This document shows positions 15,979 to 25,027 of a stretch of DNA of 56,938 bases, one piece after another. The notes beneath the pieces are model-generated. The model had not been told where the DNA came from. It searched no databases and saw only the letters and a program-made list of their open reading frames with translations. Every line of letters begins with the position of its first letter. Position 1 is the stretch's first letter. A program made the position numbers and the translations under genes. This DNA comes from a virus, in IMG/VR virus record IMGVR_UViG_3300045988_173917, positions 1 through 56,938 of that record, one strand, 5' to 3'.

Positions 15979-16776
15979 ATGGAAAGACATATAAAACGTA
16001 GCATAGATTTAATTCAAAAATTGGAAAAAGATTCGATTTACAATCTTGGATTTTCAGGGGGAAAAGACAGTATAGTCCTTCTTGATTTAACTAAAAAATC
16101 CGGAGTAAAATTTGAGGCTGTTTATTCCAATACAACGATAGATCCGCCAGGAACAATCCCTTTTATTCGGAACAATTATCCGGAAGTGAAAATAGTAAGT
16201 CCTAAAGAAAGTTTTTTCCAACTTGTAGCAAGAAAAGGATTACCATCACGACAGCGTAGATGGTGTTGCGAGATATTGAAAGAGAATTACGGTGTTGGGA
16301 AAAGGAATCTGGAAGGAATGAGATGGGAAGAATCTTCTGGAAGATCAGGGTATGAACCAGAGCAATGCGATACAAGGAAAAAGATGAAAGGCGCTTGTCA
16401 TGTGCTCCCGTTACTTCATTGGACGGAAGTACAAATATGGGATTACATTCGTGGGAATGATTTGCCATATATGAAATACTACGACCCACCCTATAATTTC
16501 ACCCGGCATGGATGTGTAGGTTGTCCACTTGCTCAAAAGCAACAAATGCAGTTAGAGTTTAAGACATTCCCCAAATATGCCTTTGCGCTTATGAAAGCTA
16601 TCAGAAAATATCAGATGTTAAAACCAGATTCATTTTGGGGTAAAAACTTCTTAAATGAGTACGAAGCGTTTTATTATTATTTGCATGATATGACCTTACA
16701 AGATTTTAAGTTCATGAAAAGTGCATCTCTTTTTGAAAATGATTTTAAAAAAATTATAAAAAAATGGCTAGCATGA
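15979..16776 (+). CDS. PAPS reductase-like / PP-loop ATP pyrophosphatase family protein
   Basis: FSGGKDS PP-loop at the N-terminus. Cysteine motifs CC and CVGCP lie downstream. Confidence 0.8.
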   Translation: MERHIKRSIDLIQKLEKDSIYNLGFSGGKDSIVLLDLTKKSGVKFEAVYSNTTIDPPGTIPFIRNNYPEVKIVSPKESFFQLVARKGLPSRQRRWCCEILKENYGVGKRNLEGMRWEESSGRSGYEPEQCDTRKKMKGACHVLPLLHWTEVQIWDYIRGNDLPYMKYYDPPYNFTRHGCVGCPLAQKQQMQLEFKTFPKYAFALMKAIRKYQMLKPDSFWGKNFLNEYEAFYYYLHDMTLQDFKFMKSASLFENDFKKIIKKWLA

Positions 16777-17291
16777 ATAAAGAACTGCTTAACAAAATCA
16801 TGCCTTATTGCGGGCATAGATTGAAAGTAGCTATTTATGACGAATATGATAAAATGGCACTAAATGATGTTGCTACTATCGTAGGAGTTAAAATTGAGGA
16901 TGGTTACTTCATGGTAAAAAGGTTTATTGACATTTCAATGTCATTTAATATTAATATGAAGGAGAATAGGCCTATTCTATTCCATCCGGACTGCCTTAGC
17001 CGGGAAATAGAAACAGAGTACGGGAAAGAAATTCCGCTTATTGAGATGGCTAAAATAGCCTTCCCTAAAATTAAAGAATGGTGGATTGATACAATTTATG
17101 CGCAATCTAAGAATGTGTATTTTTATTTTAACGGACATGATAGTTTCAATTCAGGTAGTTGTCATGCTTTAGAAATCCAAAATCAATGGGGAGTATTTCA
17201 ATACCTCTATTCCCGCCACATTGCCTTCAACCTCAATCCGGATGACTATGTTAGTGTTGAATCATTAGAGAAGAATCCTTATGCAATTTAA
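16773..17291 (+). CDS. Hypothetical protein
   Basis: ORF overlapping the upstream stop. Confidence 0.5.
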   Translation: MNKELLNKIMPYCGHRLKVAIYDEYDKMALNDVATIVGVKIEDGYFMVKRFIDISMSFNINMKENRPILFHPDCLSREIETEYGKEIPLIEMAKIAFPKIKEWWIDTIYAQSKNVYFYFNGHDSFNSGSCHALEIQNQWGVFQYLYSRHIAFNLNPDDYVSVESLEKNPYAI

Positions 17292-17568
17292 TGAGATTAT
17301 TATAGCAATAAAAGTATGGCTTTTTGCAATAAAAGTAAGAAAAAAAAGGAGAGAGAATATTTGTTTTGCTTGCAGAAGATACTGTGTCGACGATTATGGC
17401 GATTGCATATACGATCATAATTGTGAACTACCTAATTGTGTAGATGTATGCAGTAGTTGCGGGAGAGTTATAGATCTCCGAGACATGAGAATATTTGATA
17501 TCAACTGCATATATTGTAGGAAAGAAAAAGAATATAGAATAAATCATGACAATAACAACAAAAGATAA
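17281..17568 (+). CDS. Hypothetical Cys-rich protein
   Basis: 95 aa with several CxxC-like pairs. Confidence 0.45.
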   Translation: MQFNEIIIAIKVWLFAIKVRKKRRENICFACRRYCVDDYGDCIYDHNCELPNCVDVCSSCGRVIDLRDMRIFDINCIYCRKEKEYRINHDNNNKR

Positions 17569-17821
17569 CAAAGGAAGGACACAACGCTCAGAGATATGGT
17601 TCCATGAGAGCTTTATTGCCATACATTGGCATCTTTTTACAGATAATCCAGAAGTTGCAAAGGGAGCTAACCGAAGCAGGGAAATCTGGGGATGTTATTA
17701 CTGTGCGTTTGAATCCATTCTTCCGAAATGGGCATTTAATGAAATTATCGAATCGAAAGAAGCAGTAGAAGAATTTGTAAAATGGTATAAGAATGAAAAA
17801 AAGAACCCCTATGCAGAATGA
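17546..17821 (+). CDS. Hypothetical protein
   Basis: 91-aa ORF. Confidence 0.45.
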   Translation: MTITTKDNKGRTQRSEIWFHESFIAIHWHLFTDNPEVAKGANRSREIWGCYYCAFESILPKWAFNEIIESKEAVEEFVKWYKNEKKNPYAE

Positions 17822-18055
17822 TTTTGATTTGTCGGAAAAATGCCGTATGTTTGCTTTCGATTCAGACCAAGAATCTTTTAGTGTAATTGAAAGTGCAGCA
17901 TTTTTTTATGCTGTTATGTGATGTATCTTATCTAAAAAAATAAGCTACTCAAATCCCTGCGGATTGCTGTGCTTTACTGTACACAATTGATTCTTGGTCG
18001 AATTAGGGAGGCGAGTAGCTTTCTTTATTTTATTAATTTCAAATTTCATACGCGA

Positions 18056-18403
18056 ATGACCAAGAATCGTGAAAATTTGAAAGCTGCTATCAGTGTAGCA
18101 TCTATTCAACGTCCACCCCGACGAAACGAGGGTAAACTACTGCAATTAGAGCGTGAAATCAAGACGCTTAAATCCGAAAATCAAGAATTAAAAACGGAAC
18201 TGGCTGAACAGAAAAGGCAGAACATTCTGGAAAAGCAGAAGAAAGAGGAAGAAAAACGGTGTAAGAATCGAGCCTATTACTTTATCCTAAGCGATGGTGC
18301 TTTCCAAAGGTTCGCCGAGTTCCATAAAACACACCGGGCAAATCTCGACTATCACGGGGCTTGCCTCGCGCAGCTTTATCTTGATTCATTTACTACAAAA
18401 TAA
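18056..18403 (+). CDS. Hypothetical coiled-coil protein
   Basis: Start moved to ATG 18056 (MTKNRENLK). The upstream part of ORF 17969 lies in a hairpin-rich non-coding region. Confidence 0.5.
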   Translation: MTKNRENLKAAISVASIQRPPRRNEGKLLQLEREIKTLKSENQELKTELAEQKRQNILEKQKKEEEKRCKNRAYYFILSDGAFQRFAEFHKTHRANLDYHGACLAQLYLDSFTTK

Positions 18404-18409
18404 CTTACC

Positions 18410-19180
18410 ATGAAAGAATTAGTTTTATTTGACAAAACTCAAAATAGTATTTTGGGTAATGTCAGATCGGACGGCGACATGCTTAGTCTGACAGATTTAT
18501 GGAAAGCGGCTAATAGCCCAAATAAAAAAGACCCATCTACATGGCAACGCCGTGAATCAACAATTGAACTTATTGATACAGTGTGCAATTTTTTAAATAC
18601 CCCAAAAATGGGGGTTTTGAAATCTAAGCGAGGGAAATCAAATGGAGGAACATGGGCGCATAAAAATTTAGCACTTGCTTATGCAAAATGGTTGGATCCC
18701 AAACTCCATATTCTAATAAACGAGGTTTTCTTCCAGCGTATCGAAGAAGAAAAAAATCCCGACCTTATAGCAGATCGGTACATTAAAGCCTACAAAAAGA
18801 GAGGTAAGGATGAAAAATGGATTCAAGAACGTTTTGAAGGGAAAGTAGTACGTAATACATTTACTTCTACTCTTGCAAAACATGGTGTAAAACATGATGG
18901 TTTCCGGCAATGTACGAATGCGATTTACTCCCCTTTATTTGGCGGTAAAACTGATGTAATCAGACAAAAGAAAAACTTACCGGAGAAAGCTAATATCCGT
19001 GATAATCTTTCCCGGCTTGAACTTATGTCAGTGAAATTTGCTGAAGAATTGGCTTCGGAAAATATTAAGAACAATAATCTACAAGGCAACAATGAATGTG
19101 CAAAAGCAAGTTTTATTGCTTCAAACGCGGTAAAAGATTGTGTTTTAAAAAGCAGACAGAAAATAAATCAAACAATATAA
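18410..19180 (+). CDS. KilA-N domain protein (anti-repressor or regulator class)
   Basis: LSLTDLWKAANSP...GGTWAHKNLALAYAKWLDPKLHILINEVF is a typical KilA-N core. Confidence 0.7.
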   Translation: MKELVLFDKTQNSILGNVRSDGDMLSLTDLWKAANSPNKKDPSTWQRRESTIELIDTVCNFLNTPKMGVLKSKRGKSNGGTWAHKNLALAYAKWLDPKLHILINEVFFQRIEEEKNPDLIADRYIKAYKKRGKDEKWIQERFEGKVVRNTFTSTLAKHGVKHDGFRQCTNAIYSPLFGGKTDVIRQKKNLPEKANIRDNLSRLELMSVKFAEELASENIKNNNLQGNNECAKASFIASNAVKDCVLKSRQKINQTI

Positions 19181-19182
19181 AT

Positions 19183-19341
19183 ATGGGTAAAATTTCAATT
19201 ACATACAATGGGGAAAGTATCCTGATTGAATCAGGGAAAAAGAATTTAACAATAACAGCAGAACAAGCATATTATTTAAAGGAAATGTTATCTGATATTG
19301 ATAGTAAATATAATCTAAGACCACAAATCCAAAACAAATAG
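19183..19341 (+). CDS. Possible small protein (52 aa)
   Basis: ATG at 19183, right after the upstream stop. Confidence 0.35.
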   Translation: MGKISITYNGESILIESGKKNLTITAEQAYYLKEMLSDIDSKYNLRPQIQNK

Positions 19342-19406
19342 AATATAATAGCAATTCAATAACTCAACCTAGAGGGGTGTAATGTCCCTCTCTAAAATTA
19401 ATATGT

Positions 19407-20012
19407 ATGAAAAAGATAAATTTCTCAGATAGATATCGGCTTACGCAAGCCGTATTGGAAGGTAGGAAGACCATGACAAGAAGAATTATAACTTGCCCCA
19501 GGGAGTTCAAGGGCAAATGGGTGGCAGGTTTTTATGTTTATAAGCGCATGTCTGATAATGCGATAATCGACTGGCCTTGTATGTATGATGATAACGAGAT
19601 TGCATTTGATGAAGGCGAGATACTTCCAAAATACAAGATTGGCGAAGTCGTTGCCATTGCGCAGAGATATTCTGAAATAGGGATAGATCCTTTCCCGTTT
19701 TGCGAAGCCGGTTGGAACAACAAAATGTTCGTTCGCTCCGACCTCATGCCCCACCACATCCGCATTACCGACGTCCGCGTAGAGCGATTGCAAGACATTT
19801 CCGATGAAGATTGCTTGAAAGAAGGTGTTGTGCAAAAGTTCGATGCGGATGGAACGCCGAGATACCGTGTTCCTTGGGAGAAACATACTTGGGCATACGC
19901 CACAGACAGCGCAAAGGACGCATATCATTTTCTCATCGATAAAGTCTACGGCAAAGCTACATGGGAATCCAACCCCTATGTATTTGTTTATGAATTTGAA
20001 TTAGTAGATTAA
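19407..20012 (+). CDS. ASCH-like domain protein
   Basis: AVLEGRKTMTRRI near the N-terminus resembles the ASCH G.KT.T.R signature. Confidence 0.5.
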   Translation: MKKINFSDRYRLTQAVLEGRKTMTRRIITCPREFKGKWVAGFYVYKRMSDNAIIDWPCMYDDNEIAFDEGEILPKYKIGEVVAIAQRYSEIGIDPFPFCEAGWNNKMFVRSDLMPHHIRITDVRVERLQDISDEDCLKEGVVQKFDADGTPRYRVPWEKHTWAYATDSAKDAYHFLIDKVYGKATWESNPYVFVYEFELVD

Positions 20013-20013
20013 C

Positions 20014-20277
20014 ATGATACCCTACAAAACCAGCAAAGACTACAAACGGCTCAAGGAGCTGCTTGATAAAGGAGAAAAAATAACTGTATTTTTCTTGCAT
20101 AAATCAGGGTATGGAACTGAGCATAAAATACGCAAAACAGCAGAAAAGAAATATAAAGAAATGACACACTGTGACGGATATTTTATAGGCCCAATGACCA
20201 TATACCCTTTCAGTCAAAAACCTTTTGAATACTACTGTGAAAAATACAATGTTGAATTTATAGAGCCAAATTTATGA
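20014..20277 (+). CDS. Hypothetical protein
   Basis: 87-aa ORF. Confidence 0.5.
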   Translation: MIPYKTSKDYKRLKELLDKGEKITVFFLHKSGYGTEHKIRKTAEKKYKEMTHCDGYFIGPMTIYPFSQKPFEYYCEKYNVEFIEPNL

Positions 20278-20301
20278 AAGACCAATCTTTATTTCATAGA
20301 C

Positions 20302-20730
20302 ATGAAAATTTATATAATTCTAATCCACGAGATCCCTTTTGTTCATGATATTATGGACAAAGTGGACCTTACAGAAAGAGGGAGTAAAGTGTATGTCAAA
20401 TTCAGGACGATTAAAATGGAATCACATGATGAAAGTGAAGATAATTTCAAGAAAATAGTAGAACATATATGTTTTAAGCAGCATAAAGAACTTCAAAATC
20501 CGGATGGGATAGGTAAACCTGTATTTGTATATGCTGTCTCAAACAAATCTCATCGTATTGTTTATTTCAGGAAAGGCATAAATCAGATCTCAGACGGTGA
20601 AAAGATATATATGTTTGATGATGTGATTTCTCATTTCTTATCTGTTCAGACAGATAACATGAGAAGAGTTATGAATGTCGGGAATGAAATTAATGGAAAA
20701 TTTTGTCCGATAAAATGCTATAAATACTAA
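20302..20730 (+). CDS. Hypothetical protein
   Basis: 142-aa ORF. Confidence 0.5.
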   Translation: MKIYIILIHEIPFVHDIMDKVDLTERGSKVYVKFRTIKMESHDESEDNFKKIVEHICFKQHKELQNPDGIGKPVFVYAVSNKSHRIVYFRKGINQISDGEKIYMFDDVISHFLSVQTDNMRRVMNVGNEINGKFCPIKCYKY

Positions 20731-20896
20731 TACTTAAAGATGAGAAAAATGACTAGTATAAATCTATGTAGATGCCCTTATCGTGGATCTTGCCACTACG
20801 AAGCAGTGAATTTTATATCCGCATCTAGTTGTTACTAGATTGATCGATGGAGGCTGTTTTGGTATGACTATAGTTTAAATATTTAAATAAAAAGCT

Positions 20897-21235
20897 ATGA
20901 CACAGGAAGAAAAAGATATCTTATTAAAAGATTTAAGTACAAGACTTCCATATGGAGTTAAGGTTCAACTTAGTACAAACGAGGTTGGTATACTGCATCA
21001 GGTAGCAAAAAGAACTTGTACTGTATTTATAAAAAACAGGATTACTCCTCCTGATTTTTTCGATGTACGTATAAATGATATTAAGCCGTATTTATTCCCA
21101 TTGTCTTCTTTGACGGAAGAGCAGAAAGAGAAACTTGCAGATATGGAAATAGTATCTGAAGAATTTCTCGGTGTAAAGGCAGTTGGTTTATGGCAACAGA
21201 TCGCAGTGGAGGAAGACATGTTGGTACACAAATAG
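20897..21235 (+). CDS. Hypothetical protein
   Basis: 112-aa ORF. Confidence 0.5.
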   Translation: MTQEEKDILLKDLSTRLPYGVKVQLSTNEVGILHQVAKRTCTVFIKNRITPPDFFDVRINDIKPYLFPLSSLTEEQKEKLADMEIVSEEFLGVKAVGLWQQIAVEEDMLVHK

Positions 21236-21345
21236 AACCTCTATACTGTCATAAAGCCGCAGTAGAAGAACTTATAGAACATTTTGGTGGTGACATTAAT
21301 GTCGGGAGCAAATAAAATAATCCTTTAATAGAAACATTTTCGAAT

Positions 21346-21678
21346 ATGAGAAAAGCAAAAATAATAAAAGGATACCTATATCATATCCTGTGTGATGATG
21401 ACGAAGTATATGTACATTCCATCTGCCCGGAAAATGGTAAGGCTATAGTAGAAATTTCTGACGGAAGATTATTTAATGTAGATGCTGAAGATATACAATT
21501 TAAAGATCCTCCTGAACCAGATAGAGGCATAATTCTTCAATCTTACTCTGTCTGTCCTGTTTGCCATGGGACCGGCAAGGTTACTCCTGGTTTTTATACA
21601 TCTGGTACCATAGGACAAAATTCAGATTGGTCTAACACTTGCCGGACATGTCACGGACGTGGAGTTTTAAAAAATTAA
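21346..21678 (+). CDS. Hypothetical protein with DnaJ-type CxxCxGxG zinc-finger repeats
   Basis: CPVCHGTGKV and CRTCHGRGVL. Confidence 0.5.
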   Translation: MRKAKIIKGYLYHILCDDDEVYVHSICPENGKAIVEISDGRLFNVDAEDIQFKDPPEPDRGIILQSYSVCPVCHGTGKVTPGFYTSGTIGQNSDWSNTCRTCHGRGVLKN

Positions 21679-21684
21679 AGACCT

Positions 21685-21927
21685 ATGAAAAGTAAGAAAG
21701 CAGAAGAATACATAAACAAGGAAAAGCATGAGGATTATCCGGGTGGATATTTATGCTATCAATTATCCGATGAAAAAGCTAAAAAGGCTGTGGAAATCGC
21801 CGAGGAAGAAATGAGGGAGAAGGCTACCGATTCATTTTGCAAAACAGTATGCGGAGGAAGAGAAAAATTTGGCAGTTGCGAATCCTGTACATTGATAAAA
21901 ACATTTGAAAACGAATATGATAACTAA
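21685..21927 (+). CDS. Hypothetical protein
   Basis: 80-aa ORF. Confidence 0.45.
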   Translation: MKSKKAEEYINKEKHEDYPGGYLCYQLSDEKAKKAVEIAEEEMREKATDSFCKTVCGGREKFGSCESCTLIKTFENEYDN

Positions 21928-21956
21928 TATTTGTCGGATATTAAAAAATTGGAAGT

Positions 21957-22124
21957 ATGAAAAAATCACTGACTCAACTTCTTGAAAAATGGATCTGTAA
22001 ACATGAATGGGTAACATACCAGAAATGCGATGTTTACGATGAATTTAGCAGGGAAATCCCTTCACATTTAGAATTTATACTTATATGCAAGAAATGTGGG
22101 AAAATAAAGAAAATAAGATTATAG
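21957..22124 (+). CDS. Possible small Cys protein (55 aa); last gene of the plus-strand arm
   Basis: ATG at 21957 and TAG at 22122-22124. Contains CKHEW...CKKCG. Confidence 0.35.
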   Translation: MKKSLTQLLEKWICKHEWVTYQKCDVYDEFSREIPSHLEFILICKKCGKIKKIRL

Positions 22125-22140
22125 CGAGGTTATACCTCGC
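22124..22140. terminator. Hairpin at the convergence point of the plus and minus arms
   Basis: GCGAGGT-TAT-ACCTCGC overlaps both converging stop codons. There is no clear U-run on either side. Confidence 0.45.
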
Positions 22141-22493
22141 TATTCTTCCAAAAATTTTGACAAACTTTCCATGTCATCAAATTCTTTTATTTCAGAATCA
22201 TCTTTTATACGTACTCTTCTATTTTCCCTGCCTTTTTTTACAGCTTCTATCATCGTCTTGACTATTTCAGACATATTGGCCATATCTATTGTTATATTTT
22301 TACAATGCTCTACTATTGAGCATAATTCATCCGTAAAAGATCTTGATACAAAAGATACACCGGAAAAATCAAGGATAACCTTGTCTGATATACCATCTAT
22401 CGCGCTCCTTATTATTTCCGCATTAGAACGGGAACGCACATCGCTGCTGATCAATGCTGATATTTTTATTATCTCCTTCTTCATGATTCCCAT
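22140..22493 (-). CDS. STAS-like (DUF4325-type) small protein
   Basis: VILDFSGVSFVSRSFTDEL resembles the STAS/anti-sigma-antagonist-like DUF4325 core. It lies 8 nt downstream of the GHKL ATPase gene. Confidence 0.6.
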   Translation of the reverse strand: MGIMKKEIIKISALISSDVRSRSNAEIIRSAIDGISDKVILDFSGVSFVSRSFTDELCSIVEHCKNITIDMANMSEIVKTMIEAVKKGRENRRVRIKDDSEIKEFDDMESLSKFLEE

Positions 22494-22500
22494 TTTTTAA

Positions 22501-23406
22501 TTATTGTATATATTTTTCGTATTTAAAGTCCGCTGGAACATCTATCGGTATTCTCATTAGAATAATTGTTCCGTTCCAGCTTATTGAATCCGGCAATTTA
22601 ATAAAATAACTCTTATGGTCGGAGTGTCTATGAAAACCGCCTCCTGACAACATAAAGAAGGCTCCACCCAATCCATCTACAAGCATATTCTTAGAGGATG
22701 ATATTCCATAACCTCGATTCTCTGTTTCAGGCAAATCTTTGGTTGAATAACCTTCATTTGCCATTTTAAGGGCTATAGCGTCATCATCCCCGATTATATC
22801 TAAATATTTGCACGTATTTATATAACTACCCAGCACTGTTATCCCTGAATCTGCTATACATATATCAATACATCTCTCCTGGTGTATATACTGTGAATAT
22901 ATGTACCCAAATTTACTTTTGGAATGCTGGCTTATATTGCATATTAGTTCCCCCAAAAAGTAAGACAAAGGCGTTGTTATTCTTTTATCCGCCCCAATCT
23001 GTGTTTCAATAATATTTTGTATTGTGGTTTGCAATCCGTCGATATTACTGCCGCATAAATCAAACTTACATATTGGTATATAGGTTTTTTGTATGTAATC
23101 ATTTAAGATTTCTTCAATATCCACATCTTTATCAATGCATAATAAATCATCAAAATAAATTAAGTTGAAATAAGCCCTAAGGTATGGCGGTATATTTATA
23201 CATATTATTTTCTTTTCACAATTACTTCTGTATAAAGCAAGAGGGAATAAGAAAAATGGATGGAAAAAAGAGCAATCTTTAAAATCCCAAATAATATCAT
23301 TGCTATTAATAGCTTCTACCTGATGTATCACCCGAAATAAGTAATTGAAAGCACTTCCGATTCTTTCATCTCTGGTCACATTCGGTATGTTAATGATATT
23401 ACTCAT
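22501..23406 (-). CDS. GHKL (histidine-kinase/SpoIIAB-like) ATPase-fold protein
   Basis: ELICNISQHS (N-box-like), ICIADSGITV (G1-like DxG) and NRGYGISSSKNML...GG (G2-like) appear in the order expected for an HATPase_c fold. Confidence 0.6.
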   Translation of the reverse strand: MSNIINIPNVTRDERIGSAFNYLFRVIHQVEAINSNDIIWDFKDCSFFHPFFLFPLALYRSNCEKKIICINIPPYLRAYFNLIYFDDLLCIDKDVDIEEILNDYIQKTYIPICKFDLCGSNIDGLQTTIQNIIETQIGADKRITTPLSYFLGELICNISQHSKSKFGYIYSQYIHQERCIDICIADSGITVLGSYINTCKYLDIIGDDDAIALKMANEGYSTKDLPETENRGYGISSSKNMLVDGLGGAFFMLSGGGFHRHSDHKSYFIKLPDSISWNGTIILMRIPIDVPADFKYEKYIQ

Positions 23407-23506
23407 TTATAGACATTTAATATAAATCTCAACTATACAAAGGTCGTAAAACTATCTAATAAAAACAATTACCGCCATAGTTTTTTAATAAAAATTAATC
23501 ACAAAA

Positions 23507-23528
23507 AGAGGGGACACAACTCCCCTCT
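23507..23528 (-). terminator. Rho-independent terminator ending the late operon
   Basis: AGAGGGGA-N6-TCCCCTCT, followed on the minus strand by TTTTT. Confidence 0.7.
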
Positions 23529-23672
23529 CACACCTTCCGATATGTTCACGACTAAATATTTACGCGGCCTTACAGGCATCTTAAAGCAAACAGGGCTATT
23601 TCGCTGATATAGCTGCTTGCTGCGTTGTCGGCTAAGTTTACAAGTATGTCAAACTTTTCGGTCATGGTGTGT

Positions 23673-23837
23673 TTAATTCTTTTCGTTTGCCAGGATCTTT
23701 TTTATCTTTTCATCATTAAATCCGAACATTGCTGCAAATTTCTTAAATGCATCCCGTTGTCCGGCAGGAATTAAAGCATACAGACTATTTATTGGTGTAT
23801 TGCTTTTCAATGCTTTTTTCAGCTGTTTATTCTTCAT
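23673..23837 (-). CDS. Hypothetical small protein
   Basis: Start taken at ATG 23837, which forms an ATGA overlap with the upstream stop. Confidence 0.45.
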   Translation of the reverse strand: MKNKQLKKALKSNTPINSLYALIPAGQRDAFKKFAAMFGFNDEKIKKILANEKN

Positions 23838-24268
23838 TTTAATAATTCTTTTTTCTTTTTCTTGCAACAATGACACTCACAAAGGAAGTTCTTTGCTATG
23901 TCCCATGTCGCTTCCACAATGTCCTGTCCTAGGTATTGTATTTCTTCTCCGTATGGCGTAATATCAAAAGCCTGACAAATATGTGTAGCAAGATGTCCGC
24001 ACTCATGCCGCCATGATTTTTCAAACTCTTTTGCGGAAGAAGTAATAGCTATTACCATTACAGTCTGACGGGTTGCATAGTTTGAATAGGTCAGTCCGGT
24101 ATCGAGTTGCCCGGCAGTAAGGTTATTATATGCAGTACGGATATTTTCGTCACGGCATCCGATACTGAATAGCCTGTCCATAATCTCGTTTACATAATAA
24201 GTATCTACCGCATAATAGACAAATACTTCCCAATCATGTTTACCTAGTTCAAACCTCTGCCGGATCAT
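23834..24268 (-). CDS. Putative zinc metallopeptidase-like protein
   Basis: The HECGH (HExxH) motif is the only support. Confidence 0.4.
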   Translation of the reverse strand: MIRQRFELGKHDWEVFVYYAVDTYYVNEIMDRLFSIGCRDENIRTAYNNLTAGQLDTGLTYSNYATRQTVMVIAITSSAKEFEKSWRHECGHLATHICQAFDITPYGEEIQYLGQDIVEATWDIAKNFLCECHCCKKKKKELLK

Positions 24269-24269
24269 A

Positions 24270-24743
24270 TTATATCATTTCCTCCCATTCTACCGGTTCA
24301 CCCTTAGCGACACAATCTGCATACCATTTCCTGAACACATTGCCGCCTTCATTGTCAGGATCATCAATAACGTCTTTCACATAAAGAGCTAAATGCTGCT
24401 CGTCCGGGATGCTTGATTTTAAATAGTCCGCCCGCCCCATATTGCATACGTAGACAAAATTATATCCTACATTATGTTCGAGTTTAACTCCATTTTTAGA
24501 AAGTAATTCTTCTACCTGTTCCTTGGTCATGGGTTCAATTCGTTCTTTCTTCCCCGTTGCAGGATTTATCTTTTTCATACCATGTACAGCCAGATCACAA
24601 GCTTTTTTGTTAAAATTCCATCCGTTATGTCTGAGATATGATCTCATCTCAGCAGGGATTTCATCGTATGAATCAAGTGGTTGTTTGTGCATATCTTTTA
24701 TTTTTGAAAGAGGGCGGAATAATCCGCACCTCTTATTAAACAT
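24270..24743 (-). CDS. Hypothetical protein
   Basis: 157-aa ORF tightly packed with neighbours. Confidence 0.5.
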   Translation of the reverse strand: MFNKRCGLFRPLSKIKDMHKQPLDSYDEIPAEMRSYLRHNGWNFNKKACDLAVHGMKKINPATGKKERIEPMTKEQVEELLSKNGVKLEHNVGYNFVYVCNMGRADYLKSSIPDEQHLALYVKDVIDDPDNEGGNVFRKWYADCVAKGEPVEWEEMI

Positions 24744-25024
24744 TAACGATAACGGGAGTATCTTCCGGTACCTCTTACACCGCGTCTTTGGTTCATTCCA
24801 CCGGGATAACCTCCACGGTTTCCGTATCCACCACGGCCATACCCGCCGCGTTCACCCATTTCATCATCGTCGTAATCATCTTCGTCGTACTCGCGTTGCC
24901 CCATGCTTTCCCCTTCAGAAAGTTCCTCCAGGCATTGCATCAGTTTGCCACCATAGCGAAGCATCTTTTCTGCATAGTCGGACATCTTCTCGACTTTGTT
25001 TTCAGATATTTCTACCATATACAT
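24743..25024 (-). CDS. Hypothetical protein with acidic stretch and RGG/YG-rich C-terminal tail
   Basis: EYDEDDYDDDEMGERGGYGRGGYGNRGGYPGG...RYSRYR. Confidence 0.5.
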   Translation of the reverse strand: MYMVEISENKVEKMSDYAEKMLRYGGKLMQCLEELSEGESMGQREYDEDDYDDDEMGERGGYGRGGYGNRGGYPGGMNQRRGVRGTGRYSRYR

Positions 25025-25027
25025 AGC

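Noticed and set aside
15699-16001. 100-aa ORF in the 15.6-16.0 kb gap
   Set aside because: It encodes a low-complexity P/T/Q-rich peptide, overlaps several perfect hairpins and the start of the next gene, and has no coupling to neighbours.
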